A DNA stretch of 63,202 nt, filler included, from Perkinsus olseni (Eukaryota), in assembly GCA_013115125.1 (NCBI GenBank). It is 15 parts of 15 records of this genome, joined end to end, with 100 filler letters (N's around TTAATTAATTAA, not from the genome) between each part and the next. Parts side by side here need not be neighbours in the genome. Positions count along the whole stretch, not along the records: positions 34,028 to 38,142 come from JABANN010001315.1; positions 38,243 to 42,341 come from JABANN010001316.1; positions 42,442 to 46,525 come from JABANN010001317.1; positions 46,626 to 50,702 come from JABANN010001318.1; 11 more parts are not named here. One strand, given 5' to 3'. The notes under the pieces were generated by a model that had not been told where the DNA came from, made no database searches, and was given only the letters and a program-made list of their open reading frames with translations. Shown one piece after another: positions 35,687-47,338 of the stretch. Each line of letters opens with the position of its first letter. Position 1 is the stretch's first letter. Position numbers and translations under genes: made by a program.

Positions 35687-38434
35687 GAGCCGAACCATTA
35701 TTGCGGCCCTAAGGGCATTTCCGGCCGTCTGCCCCGTGTAAACTCCACTGAAGTGCCAAAATCACGGGTTTAACTTCCGACAGATAGTGTGAGGCACAGC
35801 ATGCGAATATGGCCTCGAAAATCCGTGTACGAGTCCTACACATAGGTATCTATAATCGGTTTTTTTCTTGGAGCGCTTTGATTTTCGGCGGCATCGTGTG
35901 CCGCTCGGAGAGAAGGTCCGGAGAGTGTGGTAAGGATGGGCCCCATCCGATGGGGAGATGTCTAACGATGGTGAACAGTTCACCGTAAACTTGATTTACC
36001 AACTCAACCGCAATAACGGTGTGACACTATCGTGAGACATGGACAGCACCAATGCCTCGACCATTGATCGGATAACAAGCATTCGAGCATTGAGTGCTAT
36101 CCCCTTCCCACACTCCCGTACCGTGGGTTTTTATTGTGCGAAAAACGTCATGTAGCTGTTCCTGCGGCGCAGGGCCTGCGTGTTCCTGTACTATCGATGA
36201 TCGTTAGAGCTAGGAACCTTTGCTCGCATAAATTCTGCAAACAGAAGTTACTTGGACGTCCAGTATCTCTTTGCGACCAAAGATTTAACTTCTTACCAAA
36301 GTTTGTCACACGTAGTGTGAGGATGGAGCCGTCGTTACGCTGCTGATGGAGAAATCAACGGATGATAGATCACCACTCGATGAGATCTCCGGTCCGAGAT
36401 CTTCTCGTCTCCGCTCAGGCGATGGTATGTCCGCTGGGACTCATTCGACCATGGGCCGCGCTCCCGCCAGATCGAGCCCGCACTTCCACGCCCGAGCTGC
36501 TCGGACCGAGCACCACAAAACGCGTAGCTATGTCTGGGCTCCTTGGAGTATGGACACCTTGCTACTAGGGTAATGGGTCACAGCGCTTCTAGCTATCGTA
36601 ATGTGTGTATCGGTAGCTCAGGAGGTCTTTCATTATCCTGCGCTGCTCGTGCTCGGACCTTGATCTTTCAAACGCTCGCACGGAACCATGGGCTCTTAAA
36701 ACGAGGTCAAGCTCCGCGTTCCGGAACGGCTGAGAAGCGCCAGTTGCAAGGGGTGTATGATTGTCCGTATAAGGGATCTGTGATTGCTCCTTATCTTTGT
36801 AAGCCTGTTGAAGATTTCTTCGAAGGAGGTGGAATATCAACTCAACACGGATGATATCCGATTATGTAGGAATATAAGCGAGAATAGCTGAGAATATATC
36901 AACAGGAAAACCACAGCTTAGCTCAATAGTGGGACAGCAGAAACGGGACGGCAAATTGTGTGGAATATGATATTGCAGAGGGTCCAAGAATTGCTCGTGT
37001 GGATTCCATATACGGGTCCATTGACGGGACGCACCTCTTGATGAGGTTGTCGAGGCAGATAGATCCGTCTCATCCCCGACGTGCCTTGCTGATGAGGCAC
37101 GTCGCAGATGGTCTGTACGAGCAATGCCGCCGAGATCTGGAGCTACTCCGTCGAGCCCGGGTCTCGGCCGGCCTGCCACCGCAGCCCACGAAGAGCGAGT
37201 TGGGAAAATACGTGCGCACTTCGATCTCTGGGGTACCAGAGACCGTGAAGGGGTAGCTTAAAGTTACTAGCTTTGAATGAGACTCTTTGTTGCTAGCTCT
37301 GTGCCGGTCCGGCTTCATAGGTTCCTAGCTGTGATCAAGACTCATCCACAGAATGACGAGACCGCCTTGTCGTTGCTCCGATCTGGATATGCCGACGAGC
37401 AACTACAAGCCTTAACTCCAGGGGATATCGGATACTCCATGATAAGCTTCAAGCTTAAAGCTTGGGCTTCCTCAGATGCTCTAAACAGCAATGCATCAAT
37501 ATTCTCAATCATTGCTTGGACGATGATCGATCTCCATACGTGATCCTCAAGAAGACCAGATATCGATCAACCGACTGCGAGTTATCAGAATTCCGATCAA
37601 GCAGGGGTACAGCGAGATGTGAAACGCTGCATAGTTCAGCGGAGAGGATGACGGTCCCTATAACCAACCTGGGGAAGCTCGTCTACACGGTTAGACTCGC
37701 ATGGTTATTGTCACGCTATATTAGGTGTAATCTGTCGAATACTGGTATCAAAACTCCCCCAGAGTTCATCTCTCCGAGAGAAGCGGAGATGAGCGGAACT
37801 GGTTCTGAGTTCCCCGGCTGGTCAAACGCTGCTGAGACAACACCTGACGACCAGCTGCCTTTCGTAGGATTCGAATATGCGGCTGTAAACACAGGTGGAG
37901 ACCCAATCATTCCAGCATCGACGCTGGAAAATCAGACTGCAAATTGCTCTGGGGTTTTACTAATTTGCTCTGGGGTATTACTAAGTAGGTCTTGAAATGG
38001 TGTAGACGGTCTCTCAGCACTCCAAGGGGCTTTGATGTGTGCCTCGGTGAAAGTAACAGGAGAAAGAAAATCTGTACTATCTGTTCGAAGCTTTGGCAAA
38101 GTACTGATAATGGCGTACCACATCGGTTCATTGGGCGCGGAGNNNNNNNNNNNNNNNNNNNNNNNNNNNNNNNNNNNNNNNNNNNNTTAATTAATTAANN
38201 NNNNNNNNNNNNNNNNNNNNNNNNNNNNNNNNNNNNNNNNNNCTACATCTTTTGGGTCATTAGGGGGTTCCTCCGCGGCAAATACGGACCTACTTGCCGT
38301 CGGAGGGGAGGGGTTGAGCAGCTGATCAATCGGCGAATCGACCGACGCCTCTGGCCTGGGGGAGCCGGGGAGGGACGACGGGGATGATGAAGTCCGAGCG
38401 ACCATAGCAGCAAAAACAAAGTTGAACTAAACAG

Positions 38435-38590
38435 TGTCAATCTTGGACCCGACATATTATGGGTGTGACATTCTTGAATTCTCATTGTCAATCTTGCATC
38501 CACAGATATCACATTTGACATTCTTGGATTCTCATTGTCATTCTCGGATTCAACAATGTCATTCTTGTCTGCTCACGTGTCAAACTTGCA
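38435..38590 (+). repeat. Degenerate ~20-bp tandem units (tgtcattcttggattctcat)
   Basis: Direct reading. Confidence 0.6.
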
Positions 38591-39002
38591 CGGGAAATGG
38601 TGTAGTAATCAATCCGTTGGGTGATTGTCGAGTTCGGTATAGTCGGTCTAGCTTCGCATACTCCGAGTGAGCATCACTCCCACTCTACTTTGAGGCGCTA
38701 GACCATATGAGATAGCAACTTTGCGATTGCGCTGTTTTCGATGCGGCCGGTAGAGAGACGGGCGCGTGGCGCGCGCCCATTAGCTATCGATTGCCTGTCG
38801 GTGACGCTTATCCATTTACGCTAACTCGGGCAGTGCGCGCTTTCTATTTTCGACTTTAACGTCGAACGAGCTCATCGTAGCCTCACGGGGAGCCCACTTT
38901 TCTGCCACGTATGAGATCGGTTTCCCTCGATAACAGTCGATGAGTATTGTCGTGAGACAGTTCAAGGTATTTGTCATCACCCTCTGTATTGAAGAGTCTG
39001 TA

Positions 39003-40098
39003 ATGCACGAAACCTCGTCCGCTTCACTCCTACTGCTGCTGTGCTCCCTTGCCATCATCTCTGTCGCCTATGGCCAAGTATTGAGGTTTCCTACGCAGTA
39101 TACCTATCAACCGGCATATGGATATGGTCTTTTCGGCCAACTCGGAAGTTGATTATCAAAATCTTACTGTTGCGGTCGATACTGGTACATCACTGACCTT
39201 CCTTGTGTGGGACAAGTGGCACGACGACCATTCCCATTGTGTCGACTTTCCGGTATCGCGCTATCGATGCCCAGAGTCTTGTTTACCCTATGGTGTCTCG
39301 AGATTCACATACAGAGACGATTATAGCGTCCTTCTTTTTCCCAACACTGTACGGCAAATTGTGAGCCCGAGGCACGAGATTAATGGTCTGCTCCAAATCG
39401 GGTTGGATGTCGGATACGAAGCGCCTGAGGGCTTGAGACCGTCACACACTATTGGACTTGGTGGTGGTGGTGATCGTCAACGTTACCCATCCCTCATGAG
39501 CCAACTCGAACTTGTTTTGGGCCCCTCTTCCTTCGCACTGTACCTGAACAAGCCGGTTTGCGACCACATAGATGGAGAACTCATCATTGGGGGTGGTGAT
39601 TCTAACCTGTATACGCCGCCGCTGACTTTCGTCCCGCTAAGCCTCCAAGACGTTCCTGTGGTGCCGGTTGCTCACTTGAAGATTGGTAACTCGTTTGAAC
39701 GTCCCATCGATGGCTTTGCTATCATCGATACGGGTGCCCAAGACATGCTCGTACCTGAACCCCACCGTGATGTTCTTCGCGAACGCATTCTTACCGAGAT
39801 TGCCATTCGTAGCGGCACTGAAGCTGGCTCGAACTATATCCCTACCTTGGACCTCACGATATTCGACTGCTTTTTTATGAGGTTTCTGCCGCCCATAGAG
39901 ATCGGCTTGGGCAAGCTGGGAGAAGCGCCCACAACTCTTACCAACTATGCCCGAAAAGTGGATGGCACTTGCTTTCTCGCCATTAAAGGTGCCGCTGACA
40001 ACCGCTGGACTCTGCCAGCGTTCATCATCCCCGGCAATTACTTTGAGTTCCAACCATCCGAAGGTCGACTCGGGGTCGCTAAGCTCCGCGATTGGTGA
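39003..40098 (+). pseudogene. Secreted pepsin-like aspartic protease with a single +1 frameshift near 39144
   Basis: Signal peptide LLLLLCSLAIISVAYG in one frame; VAVDTGT, IGLG, FALYL, GELIIGG, AIIDTGA, LPPIEI, GRLGVAKL in the next. Confidence 0.9.
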
Positions 40099-42443
40099 AG
40101 AAAGGGAAGGACTCCGGGTTGAACGCTTCGTAGCTAATTGTTGAACTTTTTCATCGCTGAGTATGCCCACGTGCTACTGTGCGCACGCGTGACTCGGTTG
40201 GGCCGATGAATGGGCGATCTACTCCACCACGCAGAGTTGCATCTTGTGCAACTCCTGCGAGAGGAGACTTGTACCAGTTGTCATATCTTCTCCGATAACG
40301 TTTGTTGTTCGTTGTTAGTCCATCGCTCGAGTGCACTATAGTGACAACCATCTCTGCTGCTTACTTACCAGTGGTAAGTTACCACCAGTATTTCATGTCA
40401 TCATGCGCTTTGCACTAGTACTTCTGGTCAGTACTAGTCAGCTGCTAGACTACCATCGCTGCACTTACCTTTACTGCTACTGTGTATCATTAGTCTCAGA
40501 TAACGTTTTGAACTCATCCTGCGCCTTGTACTCGCGTGTATGAGTACACGTTGTAGATTGAGCTGTTCTAGCGTTGGATCGGCTATAGCGCCGCTATAGC
40601 GTCTCATTAACGATCAACCCCCTCGAGGCCGATTTTTGTCTTTCTTTGAGCCCTGTCTCAAACAAGGCTTTTTCAAAAAAAGCCACACTGAACTGAGTTA
40701 CTGTGAACATGCAATATTTCAGAATTGATAGTCATTGGGCCTATGACTTAGGGAATGCACGGAACTTAGGACCAAACATTTAGGTCTAGGTCTCTAAGAT
40801 CCTATGAGCTTAGGTGGGTTTCACAGGTTCTAGGAGCTCCTCAAGGCGCTTCTGAATGTTAGAAGCTCGAAAACGTTAAGTCGTAGTGCAGCGTCTTGGG
40901 GTTATTCGAGACGATTCGAGACGGTAAAACTCGGGTATTGCATCCTCAATCAGTCAGTCTCCAATCAAAGAGACGAACTCGCGCTTTACGAACTCAGAGC
41001 TCACTGGCATTATACGTGGGATACAATGTATCTGATACACATAGAGCTGATGCGGCGGTCAACGATCGGCATTGGGGGCTTCGTTGCAGATGGAGTACCG
41101 ATATCTAGATATAGACATCAATACAATGTGTTGGGGAATTGGGGGCATTGGGGATATGTCTAATGCAGCGAATAATAAGACAACCCGAATGTGTACAATG
41201 ACGCATGAATATGACCTTTCGGTGCTCTTCCTGCAAGGTGCGCAGGAGGAGAAGTTCACTCTTGGACATATTCGTAGCCACCGGATTGCACGTACGGTAC
41301 GGTACTACGTACTACCGTACTACGGTCCGTACCAATTTGTTGTCGGGCCTTCGCTATCGTTGGTGTGGCTCTACCAGCCGACGGATCCCGGATTACAGCG
41401 GTGAGCCACATTCCGCAGAAGGAGCATGAACAGTGTTCGTGTGCGTGTTCGTCGAACACGTACGAACGAAGTACTGCTCACGGATGGCTAAAGGGGACAG
41501 TGTCCCCTTTAGCGGGAGCGATTTCGGAGCTCCCTAACTTTTCGTACCCGGGTAGTACGCACAGTCCAGGTACGAAAGGCCGCACGCGAGCGTCCAACCA
41601 CCAGACGATGACTAGCGACTTGAAAGGTCATGCCAGAATGGCCGGTAGTGCCGTTCTCAAACGTTCATGAACAGACGTTTTCCGCCTTCAATTGGCCACA
41701 CCCTGAGTGACCGATCAGAGATATGAGGGATCTGCAGACACCCAGGTCCCAGAGTCTCTCACATCATCTAATTGGATGAGCTCTCCTTCACAAAGAACTT
41801 CCGTCCCAGCAACAACCTCCATTGAACTGCTCGATCAGCAAGTCGAAGAAGTTCCAGTAGGATGGCAAAGTTTCCGTATGCTCCTGGGTCTCACAAGTGC
41901 CCTCTGGCTCATTCCTCAGCATAGACCGATGGACGCACGCCGACGACGACCCGATGCTGTTGTTGGATCAGTGGCGGGCTCCAGGCCACCATGTGATGAG
42001 CAATCTCTTGCCACACAAGCCCATCCTTGCCATCGCATCCCAAAGTTTTCCCTGCTGGCGATAAAAGATGTTCGCTCATCATCATCAGCACAACCACAAC
42101 CCCACTCATATGCCCTTCAGCCTGAATCAGGCTTCGTTGCAGCAGAGAGCACCTTGAGCTTAGACGGCGCCAAAGATATTTGCCGTGGGACAGGGCCGTT
42201 CAAACAACTGCCTAGAGTCCTCTCGGACACTCGGCAGGAGACCGCATGATAAAGGCAATTCGAGCAGGTTTAAAGCATCGTTGCACACGATCGCACATTC
42301 ACCCGCCGTCGATGTCCCTGAAGCTGCTGTCCCATGCACAGNNNNNNNNNNNNNNNNNNNNNNNNNNNNNNNNNNNNNNNNNNNNTTAATTAATTAANNN
42401 NNNNNNNNNNNNNNNNNNNNNNNNNNNNNNNNNNNNNNNNNCA

Positions 42444-43154
42444 TTGGGATGTCCCTGGGACGATCGCGTGGATGACGATATTCTTCATATGATTCACCCG
42501 GGACCTCTCGATGCTAACAATGCCTTTAGCAATCTGACGCGCTGTTTTTCGGGCCTACAAGATGTGGCCGATTATTTGTATACGGTTCTCACCTCCAATC
42601 ACGAGTCTTTCAGCGGCCAGCCAGTTCTATGGACTAGTATTAATAACGGCCAATGGTCGGTGCTTTTCACGAGGCTCTTTGCACCACCGACGCCTGGGAG
42701 ATTCGGGATGTTGAGGGAGAACTACGCTTGGGTGACTGGTAGCACCCTTCGTGGGGATGCGTGCGAGGCTCTGGTGAGCTACGTCTTACCCGAATTGCAC
42801 GATTACTGTAGTATGTTTATGGCACTCATTGCTATCGTGCGGGTTATACATGGGAGAGAATTCCCCTCCGGTATTGAGCGGTTCCTCAGAGCGGCAGCGG
42901 ATCCATCGCGACCCGAGAGGCTTCGTCGTTTGAAGGACCCGGCGAAAGGTGAACTGGGCACTCACCTTGAGGCCTGGCAATGCAATCTCCGAGCGGTGGC
43001 TAGGCTCTTCGACGCGGGTGAGATCCAAGAACCCCATAGCGGCTGGTTTAGGCTGCTCAACAGAGCCTTCACCAGCCAGGGGGCTGCACTGGATGAGCAG
43101 TCTGCTCCATCAATGACGGCGGGCGATCCTCGAAGGCGGCCCATGAGGCGTTGA
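42444..43154 (+). CDS. 5'-partial hypothetical protein
   Basis: 236-codon ORF running from the contig edge; no domain recognised. Confidence 0.45.
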   Translation: MGCPWDDRVDDDILHMIHPGPLDANNAFSNLTRCFSGLQDVADYLYTVLTSNHESFSGQPVLWTSINNGQWSVLFTRLFAPPTPGRFGMLRENYAWVTGSTLRGDACEALVSYVLPELHDYCSMFMALIAIVRVIHGREFPSGIERFLRAAADPSRPERLRRLKDPAKGELGTHLEAWQCNLRAVARLFDAGEIQEPHSGWFRLLNRAFTSQGAALDEQSAPSMTAGDPRRRPMRR

Positions 43155-43171
43155 TCCAATCACCCCGCCAG

Positions 43172-43359
43172 GAGGCACGTGGAATCCCCTCGCACTGGGC
43201 TGCCCTCAGTAGGGCGTGACCCAGTGCAGTGGGGCTCTTCCACTGCCTCAGGCGTGGATCACGGATCTCCATTCGAGCCTTAAGGCAGGTGGAATCCCCT
43301 TGCACTGGGCTGCCCTCAGTAGGGCGTGACCCAGTGTGATGGGGCTCTTCCATTGCCTC
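43172..43359 (+). repeat. Two tandem copies (110-bp period) of a ~78-nt long hairpin, separated by a smaller hairpin
   Basis: Stems gaggca/tgcctc, gtggaa/ttccac, cccc/gggg, gcactggg/cccagtgc, gccct/agggc. Confidence 0.9.
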
Positions 43360-43550
43360 CTTGGCTATTGTATGGTCGCACTTTGTAGTATGTGTTGATT
43401 CCGTAATAGTGACACGTGTCTAGTTGTCAATTATCATGCTCAGTTGCACTGTCTATACTAGAGGTTGACCACGCTCGCTGCTGTGCACATACCATCCACA
43501 TGCTCAACACCCGTCACAAAACTCTCTCAGATTGAAGGGCCACACATAAC

Positions 43551-43635
43551 AAATTATTAAGCCCTTAAGCCCTCTCGGGGCAAATAATTGCCCCTTCGGG
43601 GCAATTATTTAGCCCCTTGACTAGGGCTAAATAAT
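43551..43635. repeat. Cluster of three interlocking palindromes (AATTATT / GCCC-GGGC units)
   Basis: aataattgccccttcggggcaattatt; attatttagccc-cttgacta-gggctaaataat; aattatt..gccc..gggcaaataatt. Confidence 0.9.
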
Positions 43636-43640
43636 GAGCC

Positions 43641-43685
43641 ACTAGCGCCTGAAGCTAGCGCCTTAGACCGCTCGGCCAAACTGTC
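43641..43685 (-). tRNA. trnL: tRNA-Leu(CAG) 5' half only, truncated at the start of the variable arm
   Basis: GACAGTTTGGCCGAGCGGTCTAAGGCG-CTAGC-TT CAG GC-GCTAG-T; no T-arm or 3' acceptor strand follows. Confidence 0.85.
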
Positions 43686-46600
43686 GTTAAGATCTCCACC
43701 AAAGAAATGGCTACGACCTCTTCGGTGGACCTCTTTGACTCCCTCGACGACCCGTGTAGCCCCAATGATGTGAGATATCATATTTCGAATAAGTGGTTAA
43801 ATCTCGACACATTCCGTATGCCATCGGTCTATTGCACACTTAATCGCGTCACGCCGGCCCGGCAGTACCAGCATCCGAGGCGAATCGATCAGCCAAAACG
43901 ATCAAGCGCTCTAACACAGCCTTATCGTTGCTGCTCCTCCCATCCGACAAGCCCTCGAACAATTCTTCCTAAATACGCAATCAGCAAGGACTCGTCGGTC
44001 GGAGAACCGATAAGAATCACTCGAACTAAAAAGGCAAAGCTTCTTGGGCGTCGCGAGAGAGAGCTGCGGTCGAGCGTTTCCTTTATTGGTCACTAAACAG
44101 GGTATCGGACTCTGCCCTCAGCAGTACCAACTCTTGCTCGAGAATCGTCCAGTTAGCAAATGGCTGTGCCCGCTGGGGACACTTCGCCACGGAGGCGCAC
44201 TTGTCGGCGAAGCTCCTGGCGGAGTGACTATGTCAAAAAATCTTTGGACGTCTGTGTTCCCCGGGCTCACCACACCACAGCATATCCTAGAACTACACAG
44301 ATTAGCAGGATCGCGTCAAGCATGAGAAGGGAAGAGTGAGCCCTGCCCAAGAAAACTATTCGACGTTGCGCCAGCTCTCCCTATAGTAGTAGAAAGCCCT
44401 CAATCTCTAAAAACCAGACCCCACAGCGTAGCGGTCAAGAGTTACCCGTTGACATAGGAGACGGCGGGTGCTCAGTCGTCGGCGTCCTCCTCCTCCCACA
44501 ACTCCGCGACTCATCATTCACCACTTCGCAACTCAACAAATCTCACGTCCTCGAGACCTCAGTGTTCGCTTATCTATGAGTGAGCGTCACGTCTCCCTGG
44601 CATGCATATAGCAGTAGTAAGGAGCTAAAATCAATTAATAATTCCTCCCGGACGGCGAGCTCCATCATGAGCTCGCAAAGATGGCCAGCGTGCATTGGTA
44701 CGTGTTCAACCTCTGACATGGAAGGCACGGTGAAATATCCCGGAAAAAGGAGATTCTCGTCACTAAACTCACAGCTTAGAGAGCCCCTTGATCCCTAAAT
44801 AGAACCAGGCAGTCAGAACTCCACCCACAGCCGTCAGTGCCATTGCAGCCATCGGCAAAGGTCGTGTCAACATTCCTGACTCTGGCTTCTTCATCACTCT
44901 GAAAATAACCAACTCTAGGGGGCATGCACCGCTATAGTCACACGTAAACTCAATACTGAAGGCGATCAACGACAGAAGGAACCGAGCCAGAGGCTCCGAA
45001 ATTCCGCATACCTAGCAGCACGGACAGTGGAAGCCTTCTTCTGCGGCACGGCAGATTTCCTCTTCTGCCTCTTCGATATCGGAGCAGTCTCGAAGGGCGT
45101 CACGCTTAATGATCTCTTAGACCCCACGGGATGATGACTGAGTAAAGTGGCCATCAAAGCTAGCCGATCGGATTTCTCTCACTCAGCAGCTTCACTCTCA
45201 GCAGGCGGAGACAAGCCCGTCGGCTTGCGCATACCAAATGACTTGGCACGCTTTCGAGTGACCGGTGTAGGAGGGGGAGGAGCAGGGATCCACAGAAAGA
45301 AGAGAACAAGTAATGACGATCACGTGAGCTGTAACTACCTCTCCCGCTGGTTCAGACTTCCGTGTTTCTCTTTTATTCTTCCTCTTCTCGGCTGAGACCG
45401 CCTAACACAAAGTCTTGTAAACAGTACAGAGCATCCAACGGAATCGCTCTGCACCAGGGAGGATACGGATGACGAGCGGTCCTGCATCGGTGCTGATGCA
45501 CGATCACCTTCCCCGTCGAGAATACCGATTGTTCGCTGATATGATGGTTGAGTCCGGGCTTATTACTTTCGCGATATCTTTCTCGTTCACGGTTTTGGCA
45601 AGGGTTTTAGGAGGCTTGGACTTCGCAGAAGCAACCGTAGTCTTCCTCGGAGTGGCCTTGGGGGTGGCGGACTTGGGAGGTGGGGACTGAATGGAGGATG
45701 CCTGCCGAAGGACGAACGCCAACCGAGAGCAGCAGCAACCCTTTTGAACAGAATGCGCGGTAGTAACAAAGCGGTGATCTGTTCTCATGCCTTCACCTTC
45801 TTCGTCGGCTTTCTCGATCGGGATCGGGGGGTGGTCGTTCTGCCCTCGCTCGTCTTTCGCCCCTTGAGAGGGTCGAGTTAGACCATCATCAACTCGCGCA
45901 GAAACTGACCTTCGCCAGCACTGTCGTCTCGGCATCTCTCTCCTCCGATTTCTTCGGTTTCGCACTACGTGAACGACTGCGAGTAGTACCTGTGTACGGG
46001 AGGCGTCTTCCAACACTCACTCAGCATGCTCGCCTGTCGGGGGGTCCTCAAAACGCATTTCCAAAGGCTCCCGGCTCCGGAGTCTAGCAGAGGATCTTGG
46101 CCTAGGACTCGCTTCCCTTGTAGTCTTCGCCATGCTTCTATAATATCAACTAAACGTCCCAACTTAAGGTGCTACCTCCTCAGCCCTGGCTACCCAACGA
46201 AGCTCTCGCGACTCAGTGGTCAAACTGAGTAGTAGTGGAATGGAACCGGTCTGAGCCCCTTAACGATACTGCACGAATAATCACCTTCTCTATCGGGGAA
46301 CTACTTCCAACGAGATGAAACGGTCTGGCGTGCGCGAGGCCCGCTACGTTAATCAATGGGCGTTAGATTTTTATTTAGATCGCGATGAAGTTGTAATGCC
46401 GATCACGGCAAGCCACAATCCGCGGAGTAGGCGAATGCCAGTGGCACCTGTTCATGAACAGCGGATCGAGCGTGCGAGAGTAGCGAGTGTGAAATCGCAG
46501 AGAAGGAGGATGCGCACCGTAAAGANNNNNNNNNNNNNNNNNNNNNNNNNNNNNNNNNNNNNNNNNNNNTTAATTAATTAANNNNNNNNNNNNNNNNNNN

Positions 46601-47269
46601 NNNNNNNNNNNNNNNNNNNNNNNNNCACTTGTGATAAGTCTGTTACGGTTTACTTATCGCTAAGCAAGTCACGCGTCTAAGTTCATTCACGCGCAGCATC
46701 ACTCACTGTCAGGTACGATTAGTACGAAACGTGACCCAAGTACGTAGGCAATACGCTACTGGTGGAGTCACAAGATACTGTGTCGCATATTTTCGCTTAT
46801 CGGTTTGCTCGGGAAGATGGGCATGCCATGTTTGCCAGTACGAATGGAGCCCAGCGATTGAGTTTCTTTAACTTTGCAAGCCGGCGACAGTTCTCAACCA
46901 CGAAGTCACAATGTCGACAGTGCCGGCCGCCGGGCCGGGGCGCCCGCCGCAGGCGGGGGCCGGCCCCCGCCACGCACCACCCGCAGCACTCGGCCGGGGG
47001 AGCGCGNNNNNNNNNNCACCCGTCATAACGTCCCTCCCCTATTGCCTTTTTGTCTTTTGGGGGCCCGGCTTGTGAACCCTTGGGCTGGGGGCCCGGGGCC
47101 GCACACATCTCCTCTCGCATCTGCATCGCGCGTTCATCGCCCTCTGTTCTTTTGCCTATGCCTGACCGCCCTCGCATATATCTCTCACGTCCAGAACCTA
47201 GTAACATGTTCTATTATGCTGTGGTTTGCTCACGGTGTATGGCCTAAGCGTAGCGTCCGTTGAAACGAT

Positions 47270-47338
47270 CTCCATCACATCTGAGTACCTCCTGATCTTA
47301 CGTTGCACGTCTAGCGGCTCAGCTGCGAGTGTTGCTAG
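47270..47338 (+). mobile_element. Hairpin + CTAG element terminus, copy B (diverged); the element probably extends left toward 46626
   Basis: Reverse complement ctagcaacactcgcagctgagccgctagacgtgcaacgtaagatc..gatggag matches copies A and C. Confidence 0.75.

Noticed and set aside
43172-43359. Hammerhead ribozyme or SECIS interpretation of the tandem hairpins
   Set aside because: The conserved CTGATGA/GAAA core and the ATGA..AA..GA arrangement are not seen
44966-46232. Ser/Arg/Lys-rich minus-strand ORF pieces, possibly a spliced gene
   Set aside because: Low complexity, no recognisable domain, and no exon structure I can support
46920-47110. GC-rich ORFs around an internal N gap (also 23620-23840)
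   Set aside because: Low-quality homopolymer-rich gap-edge sequence
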